Below, piece by piece: positions 20,090-29,274 of a DNA stretch of 64,000 nt. Where the stretch lies: positions 137,086-201,085 of the forward strand of contig JBAYFZ010000001.1 in NCBI GenBank assembly GCA_041666915.1, given 5' to 3'. Position 1 is the stretch's first letter. The number at the start of each line of letters is the position of its first letter. The notes under the pieces were generated by a model. It ran no database searches and was not told where the DNA came from. It worked only from the letters and a program-made list of their open reading frames with translations. This DNA is from Minisyncoccota bacterium. Its GTDB lineage: Bacteria; Patescibacteriota; Minisyncoccia; Phycocordibacterales; PALSA-1337. The position numbers were made by a program, and so were the translations under genes.

Positions 20090-21202
20090 TTAACTAACTC
20101 TTCCATAACTCACCAACCATTCTAATAATTTCTTCATCGGTGTCTCTGCAATACAAACATGTTTATCGCCACCACCGTAATAAATCATCAAATTTTCTCC
20201 TATAACTACTGCTCCTGATGCGTATACAACTCCTGGTTTGCCGTCATTCTCATAGTGAGCATCTGGTTCAAGGATTGAATGAGGTGAACGATACAGTACT
20301 TTTGTCGGATCATTCAGATCTAAGATCATCGCACCAACTTTATATTTGTTTGGGTCAGCTCGGTCCATGGCGTGATAGAGGAGTAACCAACCAAGCTCGG
20401 TCTTGATAGGTGGAGGACCAGCGCCACGTACCCAGTTGTCCCAAAAACCTTTTCTACCTCCTCGAGGAGCACTACTCTTGATGAATTTTGTATCACCGAG
20501 AGCATCTAGACTGTCTACGTAATCAACTAAAATATTTGGAGTGATACCGTGTAGTATTGCAAACTTACCATGGATTTTTTCAGGGAAAATAAGCCAGTTT
20601 TTATTGACCTGTCTTGGTGGAGAGATAAGACATGGTCTTCTCCAATTCCACTTACCTTTTTTGAGATCTTCCAATAAGATTGAGGTTAGACCTATTCTAA
20701 CTGAACTCCAACCTTCAAAAGCTACATAAGTCATGTATACACGACCGTCTATGGTGACAGCACGAGGATCTTCTGAACCACCCCAACCACCACCAGAAGT
20801 ATAAAAAGCAGGGCAGTATTTTTTTGGTCCAGTGACTTTTTCGGCGTCGGGCATTCCGTATCCAGGAAGAGGTTCAAAAACAGGGTATGAAGATCTGACA
20901 TTGAAATCTTTACCGTTTTCACTTGAGGAGTGACCTACACGTGATATACCATCAGCACCTATGGCTCGATAGAGAAGATGAACGATACCTCGATCATCTT
21001 TTATAGCAGCTGGGTTGAAAGTTCCACCATGTTCCCATTCACGTACGAGTTGAGGGGAAAGGATAGGGTTTGCGTGATGACGGTCTAGTTTGTATTGGGG
21101 TTTTAACTTCTTGTAGCTAATAGTTGCAAAACGTGCGATAGCCAAAGCTAAAGCAACAAAGAGGAGGGCTATTAGGGCTAAAATTAAAGAAGGTTGCATC
21201 AT
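20090..21202 (-). CDS. GH130-family protein (beta-1,4-mannooligosaccharide/mannosylglucose phosphorylase-like) with an N-terminal TM anchor.
   Basis: …HANPILSPQLVREWEHGGTFNPAAIKDDRGIVHLLYRAIG… plus the C-terminal conserved Asp/Glu-rich blades. Confidence 0.75.
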   Translation of the reverse strand: MMQPSLILALIALLFVALALAIARFATISYKKLKPQYKLDRHHANPILSPQLVREWEHGGTFNPAAIKDDRGIVHLLYRAIGADGISRVGHSSSENGKDFNVRSSYPVFEPLPGYGMPDAEKVTGPKKYCPAFYTSGGGWGGSEDPRAVTIDGRVYMTYVAFEGWSSVRIGLTSILLEDLKKGKWNWRRPCLISPPRQVNKNWLIFPEKIHGKFAILHGITPNILVDYVDSLDALGDTKFIKSSAPRGGRKGFWDNWVRGAGPPPIKTELGWLLLYHAMDRADPNKYKVGAMILDLNDPTKVLYRSPHSILEPDAHYENDGKPGVVYASGAVVIGENLMIYYGGGDKHVCIAETPMKKLLEWLVSYGRVS

Positions 21203-21225
21203 ACTTAAATGTACTATTTTACTTA

Positions 21226-21582
21226 TTATTTACGGCCGTACTTATCCTCTAGACGAACAATATCTTTTTCGTCAAATTCTCCAAAAGCTAATTCCAATAA
21301 CACTAAATTTTCTGTTCCACCATGTAAACGGTGTTGTATTTCTCTGGGAACAAAACAATCCATTCCGCCTTTGAGTTCAATTTTTTCTCCGTTTATCTCT
21401 GCACTACCATTTCCAGACACAATCCTCCAATATTCGTCACGGTTGTGATGATACTGCAGACTTAAAGATTCTCCAGGAAAGACGGTGATAATCTTAACCA
21501 TTGATGGTCCATCCCTAGTAATCCATAGTTCTTCTCCCCATGGTCTCTTTTCTTGGAACGGTTTAGGAGGTCCTATTTGCAT
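21226..21582 (-). CDS. Cupin-domain protein, resembling a mannose-6-phosphate isomerase type II C-terminal cupin.
   Basis: …SLSLQYHHNRDEYWRIVSGNGSAEINGEKI… (QxH…E…W cupin motif 1 and the H of motif 2). Confidence 0.6.
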   Translation of the reverse strand: MQIGPPKPFQEKRPWGEELWITRDGPSMVKIITVFPGESLSLQYHHNRDEYWRIVSGNGSAEINGEKIELKGGMDCFVPREIQHRLHGGTENLVLLELAFGEFDEKDIVRLEDKYGRK

Positions 21583-21637
21583 AGATAGGAGAATTATACT
21601 ATAAAATCAACATATTTTATGTAAAAACTGTGTATAA

Positions 21638-22333
21638 CTATGAAGAAAATCTCTTTTTATCAGCTGGGAAAAGTTGTAAAGCAATATGATATATAGCGTA
21701 GGTGATGAAGAAGGCAGAAAGTACGTCTATGGAGTAATGTAAATGACCAAGTAAAACTATTATTCCAAAAAATACGGAAGAGATTATGCAAAATACCCTC
21801 AAACGGAAATTATCCCAAAAAATGAGAGCGCTCAAGAAGGGTAGACCTGTATGACCAGAGAAAAACAAGTCTCCACCAGAACTAAATATGTAAAAATCTA
21901 GGTTTTTGAAAAGATTGAAAGAATCCATGTCTATACGATCTGGAAATGGCCCTATGTGTGTCAGTGACATGAATACAGATCTAACTACTGTAAATAAAGC
22001 TATACTTTTTAGCCAGAAAGGTAGTTTTTTGGGATTTAAAGCACAGTATATACAAAGAATAACCCAGAATATGATAGGTGCGTAGATAAAAAGTTCGTCT
22101 ACGTTTACTACTGGAATGTTTGATAGGATTATGTCGTTTACGAAATTGCTAGCTTTATTTGTTGCAAAAGTCCCAGCAGAAATATTAATCATCAAACTTC
22201 CAAATAGTAATAAGAAAGCTATGATTAATGAAGTGACATACTCCTTATCTCTGAAATGTGTCAGGTATTCTTGAACCAAAGTTCTTTTTTCCATATTGAA
22301 GTTTATTGTAACTCGGATGTCAGAAAATGTCAC
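21638..22333 (-). CDS. PAP2-like (PAP2_C / sphingomyelin-synthase-like) integral membrane protein.
   Basis: …FSGHTGLPF… and …GHLHYSIDVLSAFFI… (SGH and H…D phosphatase motifs) in a 6-TM context. Confidence 0.5.
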   Translation of the reverse strand: MTFSDIRVTINFNMEKRTLVQEYLTHFRDKEYVTSLIIAFLLLFGSLMINISAGTFATNKASNFVNDIILSNIPVVNVDELFIYAPIIFWVILCIYCALNPKKLPFWLKSIALFTVVRSVFMSLTHIGPFPDRIDMDSFNLFKNLDFYIFSSGGDLFFSGHTGLPFLSALIFWDNFRLRVFCIISSVFFGIIVLLGHLHYSIDVLSAFFITYAIYHIALQLFPADKKRFSS

Positions 22334-22376
22334 TACGGAAGCGAGGCTTCTGTAAAAATTTTGCTCTTTTGCTCAT

Positions 22377-23612
22377 TTGTGCAATAATAGCACCACTATG
22401 AATATGGAAAATAAGAAACTTATTTATGTGCTTATTGGCTTGCCAGCAGTTATCCTCGCTTTCTTTATAGGTATCTATATCGGAGAAGGTCGCAATTCTC
22501 TTCCTTCTGGTTCAAATCCTGATATGGCCGAAATAGCTAGTTCAAATGAATTCGCTTCGTTTTGGAAAGTCTGGAAAATTCTTGATGAAAAGTATGTCAC
22601 TGCCGGAAGTACTACCCCTCAGACAAAGATATACGGAGCTATTCAAGGTTTAGCATCCTCTTATGGTGATCCTTATACAGTCTTTTTTCCACCAGTGGAG
22701 TCACAGATGTTTAAAGATGATATAAAGGGTGATTTTGGTGGCGTTGGTATGGAGATTGGATTGAAAGACAAACAACTTTTGGTAGTTTCTCCTATAAAAG
22801 ATAGTCCAGCAGAAAAAGCGGGTGTTAAGGTTGGTGATTTTATACTTTCTATAAACGGGACTTCTACGGTTGGTATGGGTACAGATCAAGCAGTCAAACT
22901 GATTCGTGGTCCAAAGGGTACAGAAGTAAGCATTTCATTTTTACCAACTGGTGCTTCAAAACCAATTACCAGAAAGATTGTTCGCGATACTATCAAAATT
23001 CCTACTATAGATACTAGTACAAAACCGGGTGGAATATCAGTTATCTCGCTCTATAGTTTTACTGCTCAATCTCCAGACTTATTCCGCAATGCGCTCAGGG
23101 AATTTATTGCTTCTGGCAATCACAAACTCATTTTGGATTTGAGACGTAACCCAGGTGGATATCTAGATGCAGCTTGGGATATGGCGTCATATTTTCTTCC
23201 AGCAGGGAAGGTTATAGTAACCGAAGATTTTGGAGGTAACAATCAGCCGAATGTCTTTAGAAGTAAGGGTTACAATGTATTTGGTGGTAAGAATTTCTCA
23301 ATGTTGATACTTGTAGATAATGGCTCGGCTTCTGCCGCTGAGATCTTGGCTGGAGCCCTAAAGGAGCATGGTGTAGCCAAGTTGGTTGGTGTTAAAACCT
23401 TCGGTAAAGGTTCAGTACAAGAATTGGTAAATATTACCTCAGACACATCGCTGAAGGTCACCATTGCCCGTTGGCTCACTCCAAAAGGTCACAACCTATC
23501 ACATGATGGCTTGGAGCCAGATTATAAGGTAGAAATCACTGAAAAGGACGCAGCCGCCAAGAAGGATAGTCAGATGGAGAAAGCTGTGCAATTATTACAA
23601 GCATTACCATAA
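22377..23612 (+). CDS. Carboxyl-terminal processing peptidase (S41, CtpA-like) with a PDZ domain.
   Basis: PDZ (…GVGMEIG…DSPAEKAGVKVGDFILSING…). S41 catalytic region (…LDLRRNPGGYL…, …LVDNGSASAAEILAGALKE…GVKTFGKGSVQ…). Confidence 0.85.
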   Translation: MCNNSTTMNMENKKLIYVLIGLPAVILAFFIGIYIGEGRNSLPSGSNPDMAEIASSNEFASFWKVWKILDEKYVTAGSTTPQTKIYGAIQGLASSYGDPYTVFFPPVESQMFKDDIKGDFGGVGMEIGLKDKQLLVVSPIKDSPAEKAGVKVGDFILSINGTSTVGMGTDQAVKLIRGPKGTEVSISFLPTGASKPITRKIVRDTIKIPTIDTSTKPGGISVISLYSFTAQSPDLFRNALREFIASGNHKLILDLRRNPGGYLDAAWDMASYFLPAGKVIVTEDFGGNNQPNVFRSKGYNVFGGKNFSMLILVDNGSASAAEILAGALKEHGVAKLVGVKTFGKGSVQELVNITSDTSLKVTIARWLTPKGHNLSHDGLEPDYKVEITEKDAAAKKDSQMEKAVQLLQALP

Positions 23613-23622
23613 AGATAAAATT

Positions 23623-24060
23623 ATGAAAATCATTTTACTGAAAGATGTCGCCAAGTTAGGAAGGAGGTTTGATACCAAAGAAGTTAGTAGTGGTCACGCT
23701 TTGAATTTACTCATTCCACAGGGCTTAGCTATCGTAGCTACTCCTGAAGCGGTCAAAAAGAATGATGTAGAGCGGGCAAAGGCAGAAGGAGAGAGAAAAG
23801 TACATGCTGATTTATTGGTTAAAAATATAAAAGATTTGGATGGTGTAACCTTGACTATTGTTGGCAAGGCAAATGAAAAAGGTCACTTATTTGCAGGTAT
23901 TCACAAAGAAGCTATTGTTGCAGAATTACAAAAGCAAACAGAACTTCAGATTGACCCTTCTTTTATTGAATTAGATCAGCCGTTGAAAACTGTTGGTGAA
24001 CATATGATTAAAGTTAATGGGGGAGGCAAGTCCGTTACATTTAAAGTCGTCATCGCTTAG
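23623..24060 (+). CDS. rplI: 50S ribosomal protein L9.
   Basis: MKIILLKDVAKLG…VKVNGG… typical L9 N- and C-domains. Confidence 0.9.
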   Translation: MKIILLKDVAKLGRRFDTKEVSSGHALNLLIPQGLAIVATPEAVKKNDVERAKAEGERKVHADLLVKNIKDLDGVTLTIVGKANEKGHLFAGIHKEAIVAELQKQTELQIDPSFIELDQPLKTVGEHMIKVNGGGKSVTFKVVIA

Positions 24061-24139
24061 TCTTGGATTGTGAATATAAGTTTAGTAACAAAAAATGGAA
24101 GATAGACTTCCATTTTTTGTTTATAAGATTTTTGATGTA

Positions 24140-24412
24140 TTAGATAACGTGGACAATCTTTTTTCTATCGATATCGTTGTTGAAACTAGTCTTGCGCTTT
24201 GAACCAAATTCAACCTTACCTTCTTTGAGAGCGAAGAGAGTATCGTCTTTGCCGATGCCTACATTTCTACCAGGAAGAACTGTAGTACCACGTTGGCGGA
24301 CAATGATCTGTCCTGTGGTGATATGTTGGCCATGGTTAATCTTGACCCCAAGATGTTGTGGATTTGAATCGCGACCGTTTTTGGTTGTACCTGCTGCTTT
24401 CTTATGTGCCAT
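24140..24412 (-). CDS. rpmA: 50S ribosomal protein L27.
   Basis: [24 protein letters not shown]…QRGT… universal L27 signature. Confidence 0.95.
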   Translation of the reverse strand: MAHKKAAGTTKNGRDSNPQHLGVKINHGQHITTGQIIVRQRGTTVLPGRNVGIGKDDTLFALKEGKVEFGSKRKTSFNNDIDRKKIVHVI

Positions 24413-24485
24413 ATTAGTGTTTTATTTGAAATTGTTTAACTCGGTGAGTCTAACATAGAAAAGGCTTGTAATGCAAGGAAAGTAG

Positions 24486-24580
24486 GGAAGATGGGATTTA
24501 AATAATCAATAACCAAACACCAATAACCAAAAAGACCGTATTTACTTGATTATTGGATCTTGATTATTGATTATTCCCCT
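24486..24580. repeat. Repeat family 3. Imperfect inverted repeat AAATAATCAATAACCAAACACCAATAACCAA … TTGATTATTGGATCTTGATTATTGATTATT. A third copy of the left arm lies at 20070..20088, and a related arm at 17130..17152.
   Basis: Read directly from the sequence. Confidence 0.6.
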
Positions 24581-24653
24581 TAAACGGCTCTAAATAAGGG
24601 TATTTTGTATGTAAAATACGGCTCTGTTGAGCCATATTACGGTATTAAAGGTC

Positions 24654-24688
24654 TTGACATTGAGACCTGAAGGTGCTAAACTTGTAGT
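24654..24688 (+). promoter_or_regulatory. Sigma70-like promoter candidate (TTGACA-N17-TAAACT) for the 24739 gene. A GTATTTT-GTATGT-AAAATAC palindrome lies upstream.
   Basis: Read directly from the sequence. Confidence 0.4.
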
Positions 24689-24738
24689 ACAAGAGAGCCT
24701 AGTAGTCATCATTGATTATAAAGCTCCCTTTTTAATTT

Positions 24739-25221
24739 ATGACTGAACTTACAACGGGTGTTTTGTTTCTTATGTCTTCATTGTATGGTTCCGGACAAGC
24801 AGACAATCACGTAGCAAATATTGCTACTGACCACGCTAATTCTGAACAGGAAGCAGTGATGACTACTTCAACAGAAGGACAGATCTTCACAACTACAGAT
24901 CCAAAGGAAATGGAAAAGTATCTTCGCCAAGAATATGCTCTAAGTCCTATCCTAGTTGATATTGCCCGTTGCGAGTCTAACTTCAGACAGTTTGATAAGG
25001 ACGGTAATGTCATTCGTGGAATAGTTGATAAGGCAGATATTGGAGTTATGCAAATTAACGAAAGATATCATGCCGAGACTGCAGTTAAACTTGGAATGGA
25101 TATTCATACCATTCAAGGTAACATTGCTTACGCCAAGCATCTTTATGAGGAACAAGGTTTGAAACCTTGGTCAGCTTCAAAGAAGTGTTGGTCAGTAGGG
25201 AATGCTGTGGCTCTGAAGTAA
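24739..25221 (+). CDS. Lysozyme-like / lytic-transglycosylase-domain protein, secreted.
   Basis: …VDIARCESNFRQFDKDG… (catalytic E-S) and …DIGVMQINERYH… (GLMQ-like), followed by an aromatic-rich C-terminus. Confidence 0.6.
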   Translation: MTELTTGVLFLMSSLYGSGQADNHVANIATDHANSEQEAVMTTSTEGQIFTTTDPKEMEKYLRQEYALSPILVDIARCESNFRQFDKDGNVIRGIVDKADIGVMQINERYHAETAVKLGMDIHTIQGNIAYAKHLYEEQGLKPWSASKKCWSVGNAVALK

Positions 25222-25240
25222 AAATTAGAAATTCTATATA

Positions 25241-25277
25241 CAAAAAATCCCCATCGTTATGGTGGGGATTTTTTGGT
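25241..25277 (+). terminator. Rho-independent terminator.
   Basis: AAAATCCCCATCGTTATGGTGGGGATTTTTTGG. Confidence 0.75.
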
Positions 25278-25303
25278 GGTAAATTATGTGATAAAATACG
25301 AAT

Positions 25304-25678
25304 ATGAAAATAGTATTAGGGTGTAGTATGAAATATCGAGATTTAGTCCGAGATACTATCTCAAAATTAGGAGCTCTTGGTTTAGAACCAATTTTTCCAA
25401 ATATTGATTACAGTACGGATAATAAAGATGATGCTAATACTATTGAGGGAAATAAAAAGCTTGCCACAGAACATTATGACGCTATAAATAATGCAGATGT
25501 AGTTTATTTTATTACACCTAAGGGTTATATGGGGACGAGCTGTAAACTTGAGCTCGGGTATGCCCTAGCAAAAGGGAAGCCTATTTATTTTTCGGAGCCG
25601 ACTAATGATATAAGTTTAGATTGTTATGTAATCAAATTTATTCCAGTTGAAAGTCTTGAACTTTTCTTGAAAATTTAG
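25304..25678 (+). CDS. Nucleoside 2-deoxyribosyltransferase-like (Rossmann-like) protein.
   Basis: …ADVVYFITPKGYMGTSCKLELGYALAKGKPIYF… matches the conserved C-terminal half of the nucleoside 2-deoxyribosyltransferase family. Confidence 0.55.
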   Translation: MKIVLGCSMKYRDLVRDTISKLGALGLEPIFPNIDYSTDNKDDANTIEGNKKLATEHYDAINNADVVYFITPKGYMGTSCKLELGYALAKGKPIYFSEPTNDISLDCYVIKFIPVESLELFLKI

Positions 25679-25734
25679 TTAATAAAAAAACTCTCAAGCT
25701 TAAAAAGTCTGGGAGTTTTTTATTGTATCTGGTT

Positions 25735-25915
25735 AATAGGGTAGACCTTATGAGTTGTTACGAATGTCGGCCCTCTCTGTAAACGAGAGGGCACTCGTTG
25801 TTTCCTAACTCGCGCTAATCGCGCTCCTAAGGAAACAATGTCGCACAATATATGTTTTACGCACTACCTATATAAAATAAAGACGGCTTGAAGCGCTGAA
25901 TAGTCCCCTGCTGGT
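25735..25915. ncRNA. Candidate structured non-coding RNA of unknown class. Strand unassigned.
   Basis: Nested hairpins ACGA..GCCCTCTC-TGTAAAC-GAGAGGGC..TCGT and TTGTTTCCT…GCGC-TAATC-GCGC…AGGAAACAA. No ORF. Located between convergent terminators. Confidence 0.3.
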
Positions 25916-25918
25916 AAT

Positions 25919-25952
25919 AAAAAAAGCGACCGGACGATAGATTGGTCGCTTA
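25919..25952 (-). terminator. Rho-independent terminator for the 26009..26278 gene.
   Basis: AGCGACC-loop-GGTCGCT on the minus strand followed by TTTTTTT. Confidence 0.7.
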
Positions 25953-26008
25953 AATATTTATTGTAATCTTTTCTGTAAAAGTTTTTGAAAATAAATTTCA
26001 CTCACCTG

Positions 26009-26278
26009 TTAACCTTGCTTACTCAAATTGTTCATTATTGGATTCCAGACAAAAGGAATAAAAAATGTGTTCCAGACGTACATTACTGGTCCACTTAGAT
26101 AATGATCCCAGATACCTATGACAAAGGACTTCAGGAAGGCCCAATTGTCCACGAAGGTTGGAGAGCTGACTATAGAGCGGATGTTGAAGCCGAAGTAAGC
26201 CAATAGGATGAGTATAGCTAAGATGAGCAAAATCATTTTTATAAGTCCCCCGTTCGTCTTAATTTTTTTGGAAGTCAT
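26009..26278 (-). CDS. Small membrane protein, hypothetical.
   Basis: N-terminal TM helix (ILLILAILILLAYFGF). 89 aa. Confidence 0.5.
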   Translation of the reverse strand: MTSKKIKTNGGLIKMILLILAILILLAYFGFNIRSIVSSPTFVDNWAFLKSFVIGIWDHYLSGPVMYVWNTFFIPFVWNPIMNNLSKQG

Positions 26279-26336
26279 AATATTGAAATAATTTTAACAT
26301 ATTTTTATCTTACGGAAGCCTCGCTTCCGGAAAATT

Positions 26337-27629
26337 TTATAGATATGAAAGTGGGTTTAGGTAGGCTTTATAATCAGCCGTTGGAATGACAACTCCTCGG
26401 CAGTTTACACTATTATCAAAACGTTTGATTTGGACTCCTTCAGTAGCATAGACACCGAAATGTAAATGTGGTCCAGTGGAGTAACCGGTATTACCACTAT
26501 AACCTAGCATATCTCCGGTACTGACTGTCTGCCCTTTTATTACATTTTGAAGTGAAAGGTGGGCGTATAGAGTGGAAAGTCCGTTGGCATGTTTTATCAT
26601 TACCCATTTACCGTAAGAGTAACAACTTCGGACGATGTCTGTATCCCCTACACCGATTATTGTTCCAGAAAGAGCGGCTTTGACTGGTGTACCTATTGAG
26701 GCACGAAAATCTATTCCTGTATGACCGCGACCATTGTAAACTTGGGGGTTGGCTGTTGCGAAAGGAGTGTTGCCAAAATATTGAGTTACAGTGATTTTAT
26801 CTAATGGCCAAGAAAGAACACCTGAACCCGTATGAGGGATAAGGTTTGGGTGTATCAGGAGGTTGAGTTGCGATTCGTAACTATTTATCTCTTGTTGAAA
26901 GGCTGCTTCTTGTGCTTTTTTTTGAGCTAAAATCTTTTTGTAATTGGCTTCTGATTGGCTGGTTTCCTTCAATAGAGCCGTCTGTTCAGCGGATGTAGAA
27001 AGGACCAGAGCACGCTGGTCACTGAGCTGATTGTTAAGTTTAACTAATTCAGCCTTGGCTTTTTCGCTAGCCTTTTTATTTGTCTCAAGATTGGCTTTGT
27101 CTTGACTGAGCTCTTTGATACGATCATATAGGCCTTGTTGCAAGATATTTAATTGCTCAAATGAATCTATAGTCTGCGAGACGGATCTACTACTCAAGAT
27201 TAGTTCTGGTAAAGACTGGCTCCCCGATTCATTTATAGTAGAAAAAGTTTTGGCTATGATGCGCTGATTGTCACTGATATTACTTTCTTTGCCGGTAATC
27301 TGTGAACCAAGTCTTTGGATTTCATAATTTTTGGAAGCAATCTTATCTTGAGTTAAAGAAATGTTTTTTTCAAGTTTTTTGCGGGTTAATTCTAGGGTCT
27401 TTATCGTTGATACAAGAGAAACCGTTTGTGTTGAAAGAGCATCAATCTGTTTTTGATAGCTCGCAATCTCCTTTTCTAGGTTAGCTATATCAGCATTTCT
27501 CTGGTCAATCTTTGCTTGGATGTCGCTGGCAGTTTGGGCGTGGAGAGAAATGGTAGAGGTAAGAGGTAGGAGGTAAGAGATAAGAAATATAACAATAAGA
27601 AGTAAAGAGGTTTTATGGAATTTAATCAT
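26337..27629 (-). CDS. M23/LytM-family metallopeptidase with an N-terminal signal peptide and a long coiled-coil region (EnvC/NlpD-like architecture).
   Basis: C-terminal HxxxD/HxH LytM motifs (…GRGHTGIDFRASIGTPV…, …YAHLS…, …GPHLHFGVY…). Heptad-rich middle region. Confidence 0.85.
   Translation of the reverse strand: MIKFHKTSLLLIVIFLISYLLPLTSTISLHAQTASDIQAKIDQRNADIANLEKEIASYQKQIDALSTQTVSLVSTIKTLELTRKKLEKNISLTQDKIASKNYEIQRLGSQITGKESNISDNQRIIAKTFSTINESGSQSLPELILSSRSVSQTIDSFEQLNILQQGLYDRIKELSQDKANLETNKKASEKAKAELVKLNNQLSDQRALVLSTSAEQTALLKETSQSEANYKKILAQKKAQEAAFQQEINSYESQLNLLIHPNLIPHTGSGVLSWPLDKITVTQYFGNTPFATANPQVYNGRGHTGIDFRASIGTPVKAALSGTIIGVGDTDIVRSCYSYGKWVMIKHANGLSTLYAHLSLQNVIKGQTVSTGDMLGYSGNTGYSTGPHLHFGVYATEGVQIKRFDNSVNCRGVVIPTADYKAYLNPLSYL
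27552..27586 (+). repeat. GTAAGAG-rich repeat family, copy R1 (GGTAGAGGTAAGAGGTAGGAGGTAAGAGATAAGAA). It overlaps the signal-peptide coding region of the M23 peptidase gene.
   Basis: Near-identical to copy R3 at 44531..44573. Confidence 0.8.
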
Positions 27630-27650
27630 ATTTTTTACTGATGGGTGAAT

Positions 27651-27686
27651 CTTAACTCTTACCTCTTATCTCTTACCTCTCTGCCC
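27651..27686 (-). repeat. GTAAGAG-rich repeat, copy R2 (inverted orientation), in the gltX-M23 intergenic region.
   Basis: CTTAACTCTTACCTCTTATCTCTTACCTCTCTGCCC is the reverse complement of the family consensus. Confidence 0.8.
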
Positions 27687-27687
27687 C

Positions 27688-29037
27688 CTAACCCAACTTC
27701 ATTATCGCCCCATCAATCCTCTTCAAAGTCTCCTCTTTACCCAGAATAAATGCCGAGGTAAAAGGATCTGGTGACTTTTCTTGTCCTGTCAAAGCTACAC
27801 GTAATGGCCAAAGAACATCACCTTTGCCTTTTTCTTCCGCATATCCCCAAAGGGCATTTTTGATGTTTTCAACCGTGAAGTTATTAGGTTTGACCTCGTC
27901 AATTAATTCTCGAACCTTGGTCAAATGTTTACCCGCCTCTTCCCTGCTAGGATTCTTTTTCCAAAGAAGCATGTCAGTTTTGTAATCAGAAATTTCTTTT
28001 ATGAAATTTAATTCACCTCCAAGTTCAAAAAGTTTACTGATCTCGCCAAGAACGGAGATTTTCTCACGCAAGATTGGTTGCAACTTTCCGGCTAGATCCG
28101 ACTTAGCCGAAAGCCATTCTGGTATGAAAGGTTTGGCTATTTCATTGAATTCTTTATCGGATAATTTTGTAATGTATTCTTTGTTGAACCAGTTGAGCTT
28201 TTCTATATCAAATATAGCTCCAGCCTTCTGGACTCTTTCTAGAGAAAATTGTTTGAGGATCTCTTCACGACTGAAAATCTCTTTGTCATCATTTGGATGC
28301 CAACCGAGCATGGCTAGATAATTGACTACTGCTTCTGGTAGATATCCTCTGGAACGATATTCGGTAATAGGTAAAGCACCTTTGCGTTTGGAAAGTTTGG
28401 TTCTGTCTGGTGAAAGTAGTAGTGGAATATGAGCGTACTCAGGGATTGGTAAACCCAAAGCTTCAAAAAGAAGAATATGCCTAGGTGTATTGGAAATATG
28501 ATCTTCACCTCTGACAATATGAGTTATGCCAGATTCTGCATCATCTATGACGACCACGAGATGAAAGACTGGCTCGGTCATACTTCTTGCAATGATAAAA
28601 TCGCCAAGCTCGGTAGTATCAAATTCTATTGGACCACGTATCATATCCACAAATTTAACTTTCTTATTTGGATTTCGGAATCGGATAACTTCACTGCGCA
28701 TTTTGGAGGCTTCTTCGGCAGAAAGACCTTCTCTTGGGGTTTCTTTGGAAATATAAGCTTTACCGGAGTCTATGAGTTTTTGAATGTATTTTTGATATAC
28801 GGCTGTCCTATCAGATTGTCTGCAAAAATCGTCGTATTCCAATCCTAGCCACTTTAAACTATCAATAATATTATCCTCATATTCTTTCTTTGAACGTTCC
28901 TTGTCGGTGTCTTCTATGCGTAGGATGAATTTGCCGTCATTTTGGCGGGCGTAAATGTAAGAGAAAAGAGCAGTTCTATAATTGCCGGCATGTAAATATC
29001 CGGTTGGTGATGGGGCGAAACGGGTGATGATTTTCAT
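27688..29037 (-). CDS. gltX: Glutamyl-tRNA synthetase.
   Basis: Class I HIGH (…FAPSPTGYLHAGNYRTAL…) and KMSKS (KLSKRKG) motifs. Overall GluRS architecture. Confidence 0.9.
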   Translation of the reverse strand: MKIITRFAPSPTGYLHAGNYRTALFSYIYARQNDGKFILRIEDTDKERSKKEYEDNIIDSLKWLGLEYDDFCRQSDRTAVYQKYIQKLIDSGKAYISKETPREGLSAEEASKMRSEVIRFRNPNKKVKFVDMIRGPIEFDTTELGDFIIARSMTEPVFHLVVVIDDAESGITHIVRGEDHISNTPRHILLFEALGLPIPEYAHIPLLLSPDRTKLSKRKGALPITEYRSRGYLPEAVVNYLAMLGWHPNDDKEIFSREEILKQFSLERVQKAGAIFDIEKLNWFNKEYITKLSDKEFNEIAKPFIPEWLSAKSDLAGKLQPILREKISVLGEISKLFELGGELNFIKEISDYKTDMLLWKKNPSREEAGKHLTKVRELIDEVKPNNFTVENIKNALWGYAEEKGKGDVLWPLRVALTGQEKSPDPFTSAFILGKEETLKRIDGAIMKLG

Positions 29038-29053
29038 AGGTTGATTTTAACAT

Positions 29054-29199
29054 GTCATTGTCATTCCCGCGAAGGCTTTTTTGTTGTCATTCCCGCGAAG
29101 GCGGGAATCTAGGATTATTACGAGATAATAGTTTATTATAATTATTTGGAAATAGATTTTGTGGTAATATCCTGGATTCCCGCCTTCGCGGGAATGACA
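29054..29199. mobile_element. MITE-like element, copy B. It has an extra partial left-TIR duplicate (29054..29076) and a longer internal core.
   Basis: TIRs GTCATTCCCGCGAAGGCGGGAATCT … GGATTCCCGCCTTCGCGGGAATGACA. Confidence 0.8.
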
Positions 29200-29204
29200 G
29201 CACA

Positions 29205-29238
29205 AACAAAAACCACTGACTTTCGCCAGTGGTTTTTA
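29205..29238. terminator. Bidirectional rho-independent terminator.
   Basis: AAAAACCACTGACTTTCGCCAGTGGTTTTT. Confidence 0.7.
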
Positions 29239-29274
29239 CTAGTCTCTAATAACTAACCCCTAATCCCTATCTAA

